The notes under the pieces are model-generated. The model had not been told where the DNA came from. It saw nothing but the letters and a program-made list of their open reading frames with translations, and searched no databases. The position numbers were made by a program, and so were the translations under genes. Below, in pieces: positions 1 to 10,882 of a stretch of DNA of 64,000 bases (positions are counted from its first letter, which is position 1; each line of letters opens with the position of its first letter). Source of the DNA: Raillietiella orientalis (Eukaryota); contig JAYWIR010000007.1 of assembly GCA_036172245.1 (NCBI GenBank), positions 4,402,001 to 4,466,000 on the forward strand, in the 5' to 3' direction.

Positions 1-3000
1 TCCGGGCGCCCAATGAGGTACCGCTCCTTCCCTTCCCGTTGCCCACCCCTTCCCGAGCCGCTGCGACGCTCTCGGCAGCGGCGTGGCCAATTCTCGCGCC
101 GCCTCCCAGCAGGTGCAGAGGAACGGTGGCGCCGGATCACCACCCCTTCCTGGCCGGCCTCGACCTCGCGCCCCTCCCCTGAGGCGGCTGCGACCCTCTC
201 CTCGCTGCTGCTGCCGGCAGTGTCCGATCGAGAGACCGGAACCGCCCCTAGACCTCGCTGACAGCAACCCTATGGAGCAGAGGGCCCCACTGCTGCTGCG
301 ATGATCCAGTTTCCCGGAAAGGATTCAGGGATCGTCCGCGCGGCGCCGCTCAGTTCCCGCCCGGCGAGTGTCGCGGGGCGCACCCGCGTGAGGGCGCGGT
401 ACTGAGGCGCCGGAGCCACGGACGCCAATCGGGGAAGGGGGGGGGGGGGTGAACCGCTCCCGACGCAACCGCGGAGGTCGCCGGTCCAGCTTTGGCCGTC
501 CACTCGCCCTCTCGGACTTGCACCCTGGGACCGCGAGGGTGAGCAGCGGCAACTCTCGCAGCATTTTCTCCGAGTCGGACCCTCCTATTCTGGGAAGCCG
601 CCTCCGTCGTTCGGCGCAGCCGGCCGTATTGGCCGTAGGGGTCGAAGAGCAGCCGCAGCCTTCCAGAGCGAGGACCCTTCGCGCCGCATGCCCTCCCCGC
701 CCTCGTCACGCCGCGGGCTCTCCGGCGGGTCATGAGGCGCCGCGGAGAGAGCGACAGCGCACGAGAAGCCACCCCCCTTCCCCTTCCCCCCCGTGGGCGC
801 TTTCGCGTCATCGCGCCGCCTCTTGATTGGCAGCTCCACCGCCTCCCCTCCAGGCTCGTCGTCTCTTTCGTGTGACCTTTCCGGCCACCGTCGCCGCCGT
901 CATCATCATCAGCGAGCGGAGTGGGGGAGGGACAGGGAGGAAGGGAGCTTCGGCACCGCGTGGGCGGAGTCGTGCTCCCTGGCAGCGTCCCAAAAAGGCT
1001 CAAATTGAGCCCGCGCTGCCCTCGTCCTCCTCTTGACCTCCGACCGGCTCCGCTCCCGGAGGCTCCTGGCTTTTCTTCCAGCGGGGGGAGTCTGCAGAGC
1101 GTGGGTGGAGAGGAAGCTAGGCGTCACTCTCGGCCAGGAATGGGAGCGGAATCGAAGGGGCCGGAGGCTGCATCTCCATCCCTGCGCGCCCGCAGTCCCG
1201 TCGTCCAGCTGAGACCCCGGCAGTCCTCAGCCCCACCTGGGCACTCGGGAGTTGGGGGCGGAAATCTCAGGCCGCAGAGTTCACCCCCCTCGAAGGACCA
1301 TGTCCCTTCGAGCGGGAGGTCAAGCCCTCCCCTCCTTCGGAAAAGGCACGCGCGGCCGAAGGCTGGAGAGACGGCGTACCGCGAGCCTACGGAAGGGCCG
1401 AAAAGAAAGTCACGGGGCGGGGAGAACCGCTCCAGAGGCAGGGGACGAGAGAGCCGGAGGGGCCTCGGGTCCGCGTGGACCGGGTGCGCAGACGCACCGC
1501 GTACGTCCATGAGGGCGACGCGTCCCCTTGCGCAGCGCGAGAACCCGGCTGGTGGGGGAGTCGAGGCGGCACCGGGGCGACAGGAGCGGCCCGCCTGATG
1601 CGCGTCCTCGGTAAGGCTCCCCATCTTCTCGAGAGCGATCGAAATTCCGGCTCTCTCCGGGAGGCTATCGAAGCGCCCGCGCCGCCTCGGGAAGGCGCCA
1701 AACATTTGGTCACCGCTGCTGTCCCGCGGCCCGGGTGCTGAGGGGTCGGGAGGAAGAGGGTCGAGGGAGGGAAGGGGAGAAGCATTCGGGTAGAAGCACC
1801 GCGCGTGGAGAGCGGCGCATCGCCCCTGCGGGTTCCCGAAGAGGATCGTGCAGCTCCCGCCGGGCCCAGGCAAGGAGCAGACGCTCCTTCTGGCGAACGG
1901 AGAGGATGGAGGAAGAAGGGGGGTCCAGGGCTTCAGAGATCAGGGAGGGCGGGCCCAGGATGAGCCAGGAGGGTGCACTGCACTTGCCTTTCGTCTTCCT
2001 TTCGATGGGGCACAATCCAGGACAGGTCGGTTGCACCCCCCGTTACCGCTCGAGGCGTCCCTTGGGCTCTAGACCCTCTGGGATAAGCCCAAGGTGTGTG
2101 CAGGTCATCACGTTGCGGAAGAGTACTGAGCTCCACCCACGAGTTCCTCCGTTGGGCTTCTGGAGGTGGAAAGGACGGAGAATGAGGCGATCGATCTCCC
2201 TAATTCCCCTCCCTCCCTCCCCTTCCCCACGCTCGTCACCGGCGATCCCGAGAATGATGGCGCAGCGACCCCCCTCGTGCCAGAGAAGGACCAATTGGGC
2301 CGACGGTTTCAAGGAGTTCCCACCCGGTCGCTCCAAGGGCCTTTATTCTAAAATCTTATGTACATGTAAATAGTTAACGTAAAACAAAGAAGGGGGGGGT
2401 CATTCCTTTGCAGCGGGGTCACGAATGCTACTACGTCGATGCAAGTCCAGGAAGCGTTTCTGCTCGCAAGCAGTTGTCCAGGGGGGTCTCTACGGGAGGA
2501 AAAGGACCAGGTCGAGGGAGGGAATCGCAGCAACTTCCCTGGAGTCTCCAGAATCCTCTCCAGCATGCTGGGGAGGTCCCCCTCGCGGCGTAAGGGCTGC
2601 GGCCTTCTTGACGTGGTCCTCGGAGAGGAGATGGAGATGGCGTCGCTGCTTGCCCGAGGCCTCTCCACCCTCCTCCTGGGACAGCTCAGGGCTGTGGGCG
2701 CTGCCAGGGCGCCACCCACACAGGGGCGTCTCACCACGTCCTCCGGGCGGCTAATCGAGGATTACGGGCCCGTCGCGAAACGTTTCCATACATCCCGGAG
2801 GACAGCACACACGATCGACGGGGGCGAGCTTGAAGCTGACCGGGACTCCCTGCCCCGGTGGTGCCTTCCAGAGATGCAGGTCTTGCACGTCTGGTGGATA
2901 AGAAACGCCTGGAACCGACGACGGAGATCCTGTAGGTCTCTTCCGGCTTTCTGTTTTTCTTCCGGGGTTTTCGTTGGTTCTTTCGTTGATTCGCTGAGCA

Positions 3001-3969
3001 CCGAAGAACCACCCGCCTCCTTGCGGGCAACTCACGAAGCTCTTTGACGCTACCCGCACCACCCGAGGGTGCGGGCCGCCCTACCAGTTAGGGGGGTAAT
3101 CCCGGAGAGACCACCCTGTGAATCTAAGAAGGACTCCGGAGAGGGAAGTCCGTTCCTCTCTTACTCTTGGAAGGGAATCCCGAAGGGAACCATCGCAACT
3201 GGTTGTCTCTGGTCGTGGTGGCCTTGGAACCCTGAAGGGAACCTTCTTTTCCTTGTTCTCTCCGGAAGGATCGATCCTCCTGAGGGGGCCATTCCCTGTT
3301 TCCTCCTCTGAAGAGCACCCCGAAGAGACACTTCCCGATTTCTCCAAAGGGAGCTTCATACGCTTTGGAGAGTCATTCTCCTCGAGAAGGAGGTGCCAAC
3401 CAGCTCCAAAGTACCAGCGATGGGGGAACCCCCCTGTAAGGGGTATGGGCGGGTGGTTCCATTCTTACAACTGGAGGGGAGTCCCGAAGGACTTCTTGAT
3501 GTTCTGGAAGGATCCCAGAGGGGGGCCAGCTTCCAATCCCAACCAGCCAACGGGGACATCCGGGGGTTCCTGGTCCGGTGTCGCCGCACCCGAAGAGGCC
3601 TACCAGTGCCATCTTAGGAGGACACTCGAAGCCCAGGACCCCCCCCTTTCCCATTTGTGGGCGCCGACTCTTTCCCGAGCGCGATTCGAACCCGCGCCGC
3701 CAGGTGCCGCTCTCGGGAGGCCGACGCCGACGCGGGGGTGCGTCCAGCTCGAGCGGATGCGAAAAAGATCGTTCGCGACTTTTACTCCTCGAAGGCCTCC
3801 GGCTTTCCGCCGCGTGATGGTCCCTCCCTCGTGAACCCAGTGCGATTCTGTTTCGGTTCCCACCCGGTGACGCCGGGACGTTCATTTTGGAAAAACGAAA
3901 AATCCCAAAAAGAAAAATAGTAAGTTCATCCGGGATGACCACAGGTCCACCGGCTCGTAGGCCGGCTTC

Positions 3970-4260
3970 CGAAAAGTAGGGAGAACGGAAGGAGGGAACA
4001 ATAAATAAGCCAACAGAAAAGGACGGGAGGATGGGGACAGGGAGTCTTTGGTTGAAGACGTTCCTTCCTCTTTAAACGCGGCTCTGGACGGTGGCGATCT
4101 CCCTGGTGACTTCCTCTGGCAGGTGGGACCTCCTTGCTGCTATCCTCATGAGGGTTGATGCCATACTAGTGACCTCCCTTCGCCGCTGACCTGACTCCGA
4201 CACGTGGCGGGCTGTCACTGTGGCGCGGATGCAATAGATGGTTGCGATCACAGCCCCTCC
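3970..4260 (-). mobile_element. L1/Tx1-like retrotransposon 3'-end fragment A
   Basis: The minus-strand peptide STLMRIAARRSHLPEEVTREIA resembles the C-termini of fragments B and C (MRMVTRWSHLE...QEFAG). It is followed by a pyrimidine/T-rich tail. Confidence 0.5.
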
Positions 4261-4289
4261 TCTCCCCCCCCCCCCACCCGGTGTGGTGA

Positions 4290-5570
4290 AAAGGACGAAC
4301 GTCCTCCTTCGAAAAGATTCTGGGGCAATGGGAGGTCGCGAGTCCGAGTAAAAGACTTGCGCGCTCCTCGTCGCGACGGAGGACTTGGACTCCTGACATT
4401 GGAGCTCATGGAAGTTCAACTGAACTTCAGAAGACGGCCTTTGTGACACTGGGCCACCCATTGGCGCACCCTTGCACGTTCGTTCTCCCGGCTGGCTGTC
4501 GTTAGAGAAGGACTCTCAACCCTGTTTGCGTGCCCCCACCACCGGATCCCATCCTGCGGCTTCCCTCTCCGGTGTGTCGCGGCTCTGGTGAGAGCGAACA
4601 TGTGGATTCGCTGCCACTCTGCAAATATTCCGTCCTGGAGACAGGAGCCAGTGAGGACGTGAGTCCAATTCACCCGGGCCCCGCCGGAAGTTACCCGCTG
4701 CCGAAAGTTTCACAAGAACAACACTGGAGGCGGTGGGTAGTGAGCTCATCATAGCCCACCAGCTACCTTCTTCGCCGCAGCGGTGTCCTCCGCTGTCGAG
4801 GTGCATGGCGCCTGCCTACCGGCGAAGTGGGAGGTTTCCTGCGAGATCTCGGCCCGCAGGAAACCTATCGGTGGCTGGGCACTGCGTGAGCTGGTTGACG
4901 CGGCAACAGCAAGAACCGTCTCCAAAGGACTGGAACGTTGAGGCGAACTCTTCTCCATTCAGCCCGAAGAGTTGAAAGTGCTTCCCGCGTTTATAGACAG
5001 GAAGCTGCTTCCCCTCAAGTGGCAGCAATCGGCGCTGCTGGTGCTGCACTGAGGTCTCCCGTGCAATGCGCGTCGGCACCACTGGACGAGGGGAAGCGCA
5101 TCGCCAAACTGTGCCAGATGTGGAGAGAAGGAGATTTCCCTCCACCTCTTAGTGCAGTGCATCTCCCTCCGGGGCTTGTGGGAACGTTTTCCCACGTCCC
5201 TTCCTCACCCTGTGGGCTATCCCAGAGACTCTTTGAGGATCCTCTTCTTGCGGGACGCCATAACGCCTGCTGCCGCAATCGCAGCGCTGTGCTGCGTGAG
5301 CGGTATCGTCGCGGCGAAGTGCGACTCCGAGGGAGGCCGGAGCGACGGGGGGGGGTTGTCCTGCATGCCATGCGCTTCCTGCAGATAGCTTTGAGGTGGC
5401 CTCACCTGGAAAGGGAGAAGGAGGAGCTCGCCGGCATCCTTCAACGGATGCAGAACACCCACCCATCACGAAAGGTGATCCCTTCCCTTCACTCCAACTA
5501 ATTTTTTTTTGTTGATCTTTATTGTTTGTTATAGTTTGTTTTCTTTTTGTTCTAATTTTGCTCCATCCCC
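4290..5570 (+). mobile_element. Decayed L1/Tx1-like non-LTR retrotransposon, 3' portion (fragment B)
   Basis: FWGNGRSRVRVKDLRAPRRDGGLGL (post-RT GGLG motif) at about 4318-4395; zf-RVT-like LPLKWQQSALLVLH*GLPCNARRHHW....SPNCARCGEKE..LHLLVQC at about 5005-5160; stop at about 5501, then a T-rich 3' UTR. Confidence 0.8.
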
Positions 5571-5959
5571 CTTCCCCTTAGTGGACTTGATGGACCTCAC
5601 CCCCCTCCTTTCTAGTGTAATAACTGGAATCGGTGGCCTTTTGGCTCCATCGATCCGCGTAAGAGAAATGTACGCCCGGCGCACCCGGGTGTGAAATCAC
5701 AGCGTCAGTCCGCCTCCGCTGAAGAAGAGCTGTGGCAAGTCCGGTGACCTGAGGTTGTCGGGGCGCCGGAGCGAGTCCTCGAGGGCACTGCATTTTTTAA
5801 AACAGTGTGCCGTGACCAGAATGGTGGTTCGTTGTCACTTGAGTGCTCCGGGGCGTTTATTTATGAATAAACAAACATTCGCGATCCCCGTGATTGGGCC
5901 GGCGGTCCAGCCATGTCCCTTTCAGTTCTAACCTGCCGGGTTGCCGGTTCGCAGACCGG

Positions 5960-7950
5960 TGAGGTCCTACACAACAGCAGAGGGGAGAGGGATCAAACAA
6001 AAAGAAAAAAGTACAAATAAATAAATAAATTTGGAGAGGGGGGGCGATACGGAAAGGGGCCACATCCTGCTGAGGATGGTCCTCTGTATCCTTTCGAGGA
6101 TGCCGGCAAACTCTTGCTGTACGTTGTTGCTTTCCAGGTGGGACCACCTTGTTACCATCCTCATGAAGCGAACAGCGAAGTGGATGTGGCACCCCTGTCT
6201 CTCCGCCCTCCTCTCGCGTCACTCCAGACCTCTACAATCTCGCGCAGGCAGCAGAGAGCTGCTAGCGAGACTGCCGGTCGAAGGACGTCGCATTGGAGGA
6301 GGGATCTTAAAGCGTCCCTGGAGTTGCCTCTGGGGGTTCCTGGGGCGAAGGGTTCCCAGAGGGGACGGAGAGCAACAGAATCCGCAAAGCAGATGCGGGA
6401 GAGATTCATGTTCCCACACCTGACACAGTTTGGGTTTACACCTTCCCGGGTCCAGTGATGTCGGCTGACGTTGCAAGGGAGACCCAGTGCAGCAACGCCA
6501 CTTTTGTCACTTTAATGGGAGGGTGCGTCTATCCAGAAGCACCGGGCGCCACTGCAGGTCTTCCTCTGGAATATCCAGCAAGATGGTGGTTCGGGAGAGG
6601 GACGAAGTGCCTGACTACTTCCGGTTGCCTCGAGCCCGCCTCCTTCCGAAAGGAGGAGACGCATCCGGCTGGAGCGTCCAATCGGCTTGGCTGACGCGGA
6701 CGTCAAGCTACTCCCGAAACCGTGCGCCGTGAGCCTGGGACAGGTTGCTACCTCACTCGCCGACCCGGAGCATCTGTGCGCCGCTTCCGAGAACTCGGAG
6801 AACAACAATCTGCTCTTTGACCTGGTTTTGGCTGCAGAAGAGGGTCGCGATCCAAGGTCGGAAGAGCACCCGACCGACGGGCCAGGGAGCAGCTAAGACG
6901 CCGAGAACCGCTGCGAAATGACGTTCGACCGCGTGGACCGGAAACTCCTGGAGCTCGTGGAACGCTTGAGCCACCTCATCCATCTGCTTCCTCTTTGGCG
7001 CGACGCTCCTTCAGCGGTAGACGCGGGTGCAGCGGAACAGGGATAGCTAGTCATGCTGTTCGGAACCACTTGCTCCGAGTCGAACTCCACACGGGGAGAC
7101 CCTGCCGCCCTCCCGTTCCTGTGCGCCAACGATCTTCTCCCTCTGCGCTCCATGCCAACCCCAGAAGCGGCGCTCGGGGAATTCTCCGGGCCGGCACGGC
7201 ACGAAGACGCGAGAGTGGGCAGGATGAAGTCGAAGGTCGTTACTGTGAGTATGGCGTGGGCAGGGCAGCCGGACTGCATCCGCTAGGGGATCTCCGTGGA
7301 CAGCCGCATGAAACACCTTGGTGCGCCCTTAGGAGACTTCTGCCCTGCTGAGGTTTGGTGCAGTTGCCTCCAGATGGCAGGGTTGGTGCTCGCACCGTTC
7401 CGAGATGGAAAGGTTCACTTGCCGGGACGGTCCTCCACTTGAAAGGGTTTTGTTGCCCCCCGTCTCTGGTCCCTAATTTCAGGCTTTGCTCCCGCCACGC
7501 GAGGCGAGGCGGAAGACGGACGAACGGAAAGCGCTGACCTCCCGGGGGTTAGCCTCGAAGACCTCGTTGCGCCACGAAGGCATGCAGGGCTTGGCATCCT
7601 CACGCTGTGGAAGATGGCGCTGCAGCTCCAGCTGGTGACCAGTTGATGGCCGACAACTAGACGCGGCTTGCACGCGAAATCCTGAGGCGCGTGGTCGGTT
7701 GCGAGGTGACGGCGTCGCTGCTACCTTGTAGCCGAGACCGCCAGAAGGCTCTCGCGTCGCCACTGAGGCGGATCTCTGCCCTGCGGGAAGAACATTCGCA
7801 GATCTCCTGCTGCCCCGCAAATTGCAACGCTTGGCGGCGGGAGGCGGCGGGCCTGCAGCACGCGCGCCGACGCAGAGATGGTAGGTCCCACCTACGACCT
7901 GGAAGCAGCCTCCCTGGAGGGAGTGGATAGGACAGGAGTAAGTGGACCCA
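5960..7950 (-). mobile_element. Decayed L1/Tx1-like element, RT remnant through 3' end (fragment C)
   Basis: Minus strand shows AVRLPCP (degenerate GVRQGCP, about 7280-7260), VLGV, EGGGL, PNCVRCG (about 6435-6415) and RWSHLE...QEFAGILERIQ matching fragment B (RWPHLE...EELAGILQRMQ). A T-rich tail lies at about 6030-5995. Confidence 0.7.
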
Positions 7951-8059
7951 ACCCACTGTTACCCCTCTAGCCGCAGCTCTGTCCTCCTACAAGAGAGAAG
8001 GGGAAGTTGCCAGGTGTTGGCAGGGTGGGTGACCTCGCGGCGAGAGCGACGAAGCTGGT

Positions 8060-8790
8060 GGGGCCGGTGGGGGGGGGGACGGGTCAGTTGGCCGACGACC
8101 CACTCCCAGTGCACGGCTGCTCCGTATCGGACAGAGTACCTAGGTTCGGACATTCCGCCGTCGGGGGTCGCAGCCGTGACCCTTCCCTTCCATCCGGACA
8201 GCTCCGCTCTCCCCCTCAAGTGGCGGCACGAGGAGGCTTGGCCGTCCGTGCGCCGCGACTCCCCGTGCAACCAGCGGTTGCATCGCTGGACGTGGATGGT
8301 CGCTTCGGCGAACGACGCCAGCTGCGGGCAAAACAGAAACCTCCACACACCCGCCGCTGGACTGCGGTGACCTTCGCGGAAGCGTGTGGAGCCGCCTAGC
8401 GGCTGCTCCACTTCGACCCGAAGGCACCCCGGAAGGCCTTCTCCAGCGCTGCTTTCCGCGGGACGGGCTTTCGCCTGCCTCCCCGACCGCTCCCGATCCC
8501 GCGTCATACCGGGAGGACCGTGGCGCCCCGGAACGCGCAGGAGGTGCTGCGCCACGCCTCAACTCCCCAATGATGAAGGAGGTGTCAAAACGGCCTTCGA
8601 AAGATACCGGAATCGAGGAGGACGCCGCCTGCATCGTACGCACGCGGGTTGAGGAAGACGCAACGTTGAGGAGCGTAACCCCTGTCCCTTCCCCCCTTTT
8701 ACTCATTGCCCCCTCCTCTACACCCTTCCCGCCCTTCTGTGTATCCGGCCTGCGAGCGGAGGTTTTCTTTTTTTTTCTTTCTCCTCTTCA
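8060..8790 (+). mobile_element. L1/Tx1-like 3' fragment D
   Basis: LPLKWRHEEAW.SVRRDSPCNQRLHRWT....ANDASCGQN is the same zf-RVT-like motif as in fragment B. A pyrimidine-rich tail lies at about 8680-8790. Confidence 0.65.
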
Positions 8791-9391
8791 CTCTCTGAAG
8801 TCTTCATGGACCAGTGGATTCACCGATCCACGTGACCTCTTCTGCTTCCCTTGCTTGGGACTGAGAAACGGGTCGGCGTACGTTGCAAGGGACAGCCCAA
8901 TGCAAGGCCAGCAACGCGGACTCCTGCCTCTCTAAGGGGAGGGTGGGGCTGTGAGTCAGTACCGCGGACGCCTCGTGGGGGATGCCCAGATGCTTTGGTC
9001 AAGCGGAGAAGTCCCTTGTGTGGGCCCAGCAAAAGTGGAAGAATCAGCAAAGACCAGTGCCCGCTCCAAAGGGCTGCTCCGTCGGGCCCAGTCCTGGACA
9101 TTCCGCCGTCGGGGGTTGTGACCCCTACCTTCTCATCTGGACAGCTCCTCTCCCTCCCCAAGTTGGCGGCACGGAGAGACCGTCTGAGCTCCTCTTCGTG
9201 CACTTCGTCCCAGGATAGCCTCCAGCGCCAAAAACCCCGTGTTGAGTGGGGAGTCCTGGAGCACGGACGGCCAAGCCTCTTCGTGCTGCCACTTGAGGGG
9301 GAGAGCGGAGCTGTCCAGTTGGAAGGGAAGGGTCACGGCTGCGACCCCCGACGGCGGAATGTCCGAACCTAGGTACTCTGTCGGATACGGA
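8121..9391. repeat. Inverted repeat, 131-bp arms (8121-8251 and 9261-9391)
   Basis: Manual alignment of 8121-8251 to the reverse complement of 9261-9391 gives 5 mismatches and no gaps. Confidence 0.92.
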
Positions 9392-9440
9392 GAAGCCGGG
9401 CACTCGACGTGGGTCCCGTCGGCCAACTGGCCCATCCCCA
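9050..9440. mobile_element. Two short facing L1/Tx1-like fragments: E (+, about 9050-9240) and F (-, about 9245-9440)
   Basis: Both carry GGACATTCCGCCGTCGGGGGT and the LP(L)K(W/L) segment. F is a near-identical inverted copy of part of D. Confidence 0.6.
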
Positions 9441-10852
9441 TTCGCAGGTCCATAGCAAGTCGACTCCCCGTCCGGTTTTTCAATGATTTCCTTCTTCCTG
9501 TGACCTCTCCTCTTGACGCCGGCTGGTCACTGCTTCTGTTCGTCCACGTCTGAACGGCTTCCTGGATCCAGGCGCTGTAGTCCACGGGGAGGCAGGGAAC
9601 CAAGGCGATTGCCCTTTACCATGGCAACCCAGTTTCCGAAGCGCGTACCCGCGTCGGACCGGGTTTCGTAGGCTGCAAACGATCAAAGATGTCGATCCCT
9701 CGTATCCAGCAGCCATCCCGGAGAGGAGGTGTGCAGGGACTCGCCAGCGCGCCGTCCGGTGCTTGGCATCCAACAGGAGGCCCGCCTGCTAAATGGGGGC
9801 CGCCGCTCCATTCGCCCCATCGCCAAGAGGCCAACCCCCCATCCAGGCACGGAGTTCTTTAAGTCCTCAAGCCGGACTCGGGACCACTCTGTGCCCCCCG
9901 AGGACCTTCTTAGGAGGTCCTCGGCTCGATTCTTCGTTTCGCTGGGGTCAGGGCGAGCAAAAAACAGGGGGAGGGGGAAGGGGCCACGAACACATTCCGC
10001 GCAGCGGTCCGCTCTGGCAAGAGCAGCTGGGCATCCAGGAAATGGACCGAGAGCCCCTCTGCCTTCTGGGGGCAGCCGGACCAGGAGACGGGCTGCCACG
10101 CAGGAACCCCCCTAGGCTAAGGGAGGTCGCTCGCGCCGCGGCAGGACGCCGTCTTCGCCCTTCCCTCCGCCTGGACATGCTCCGCGAGGACGCCTCGCGC
10201 ACAGAGATGGGAGGAGGGCAGGGAGGTCCCCTTCTGGATGGACGACCTCCGTACCTGACTCGCCAGGGGGGAAGAGGAACCGTCCGCCGTCAGCCATCGG
10301 CGCGCGGCAGCTCCTCCGCTTGATAGATGGACGCCAGGCCAGAGCCGCTCGTTACGCAGCGGCCATGATGGATGGGCGAAGATGGGCGCGTCTGTATCGA
10401 TCGGACCCCCTAGGCAGGGAACGTAGCTCCCCGCCTACCGGTACTCCGAGCTCCCTTTACCGCGTTCGGGGGGCGGGAACGGGCGGAGAACTCCTCTCCC
10501 TTTGTCCCTCTTCCTTCCTGTTCCCTTCCCGAGAAAACCGGGACTCCAGCGTCGACTCATCCACGTGGCCGGGTCGTTTTCTTTTTTTTCTTTCCTTTAT
10601 CTTTTCCTCCTCGATACGCGTGCTCCGGGCGCTTCCCGGTATCCTGTAAACCGGGACGCGCGCGCGGAGAATCAGAGCGTCTACCTCGTCCGGGTCTGCG
10701 AGGGGTTAGAGGAAGGGGCGGGAGATGCGTCATCGTCGAAGGACATCGAGAGCGAGGAGTCAAAAAGACGGCCGTTGGGAAAAAGCGCCGTTCCTGTCCT
10801 CTCCGGCGGCGCCAGGCGGTGGGCACCACCCCGGGGGTGGAGCCCCAGCTCC

Positions 10853-10882
10853 CTCTCTCTCTCTCTCGCGCGCGCGCGCGCG
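10853..10882 (+). repeat. Compound (CT)n(CG)n microsatellite
   Basis: ctctctctctctctcgcgcgcgcgcgcgcg. Confidence 0.85.

Noticed and set aside
2043..2130. NVMTCTHLGLIPEGL resembling a Penelope-like N-terminal motif
   Set aside because: A single short motif with no RT or GIY-YIG sequence downstream.
5635..5646. GGCCTTTTGGCT, identical to part of U2 snRNA stem I, near Tx1-like fragments (Keno elements target U2)
   Set aside because: Only 12 nt, the flanks do not continue the U2 sequence, and it lies 3' of fragment B, the wrong side for a 5' target flank.
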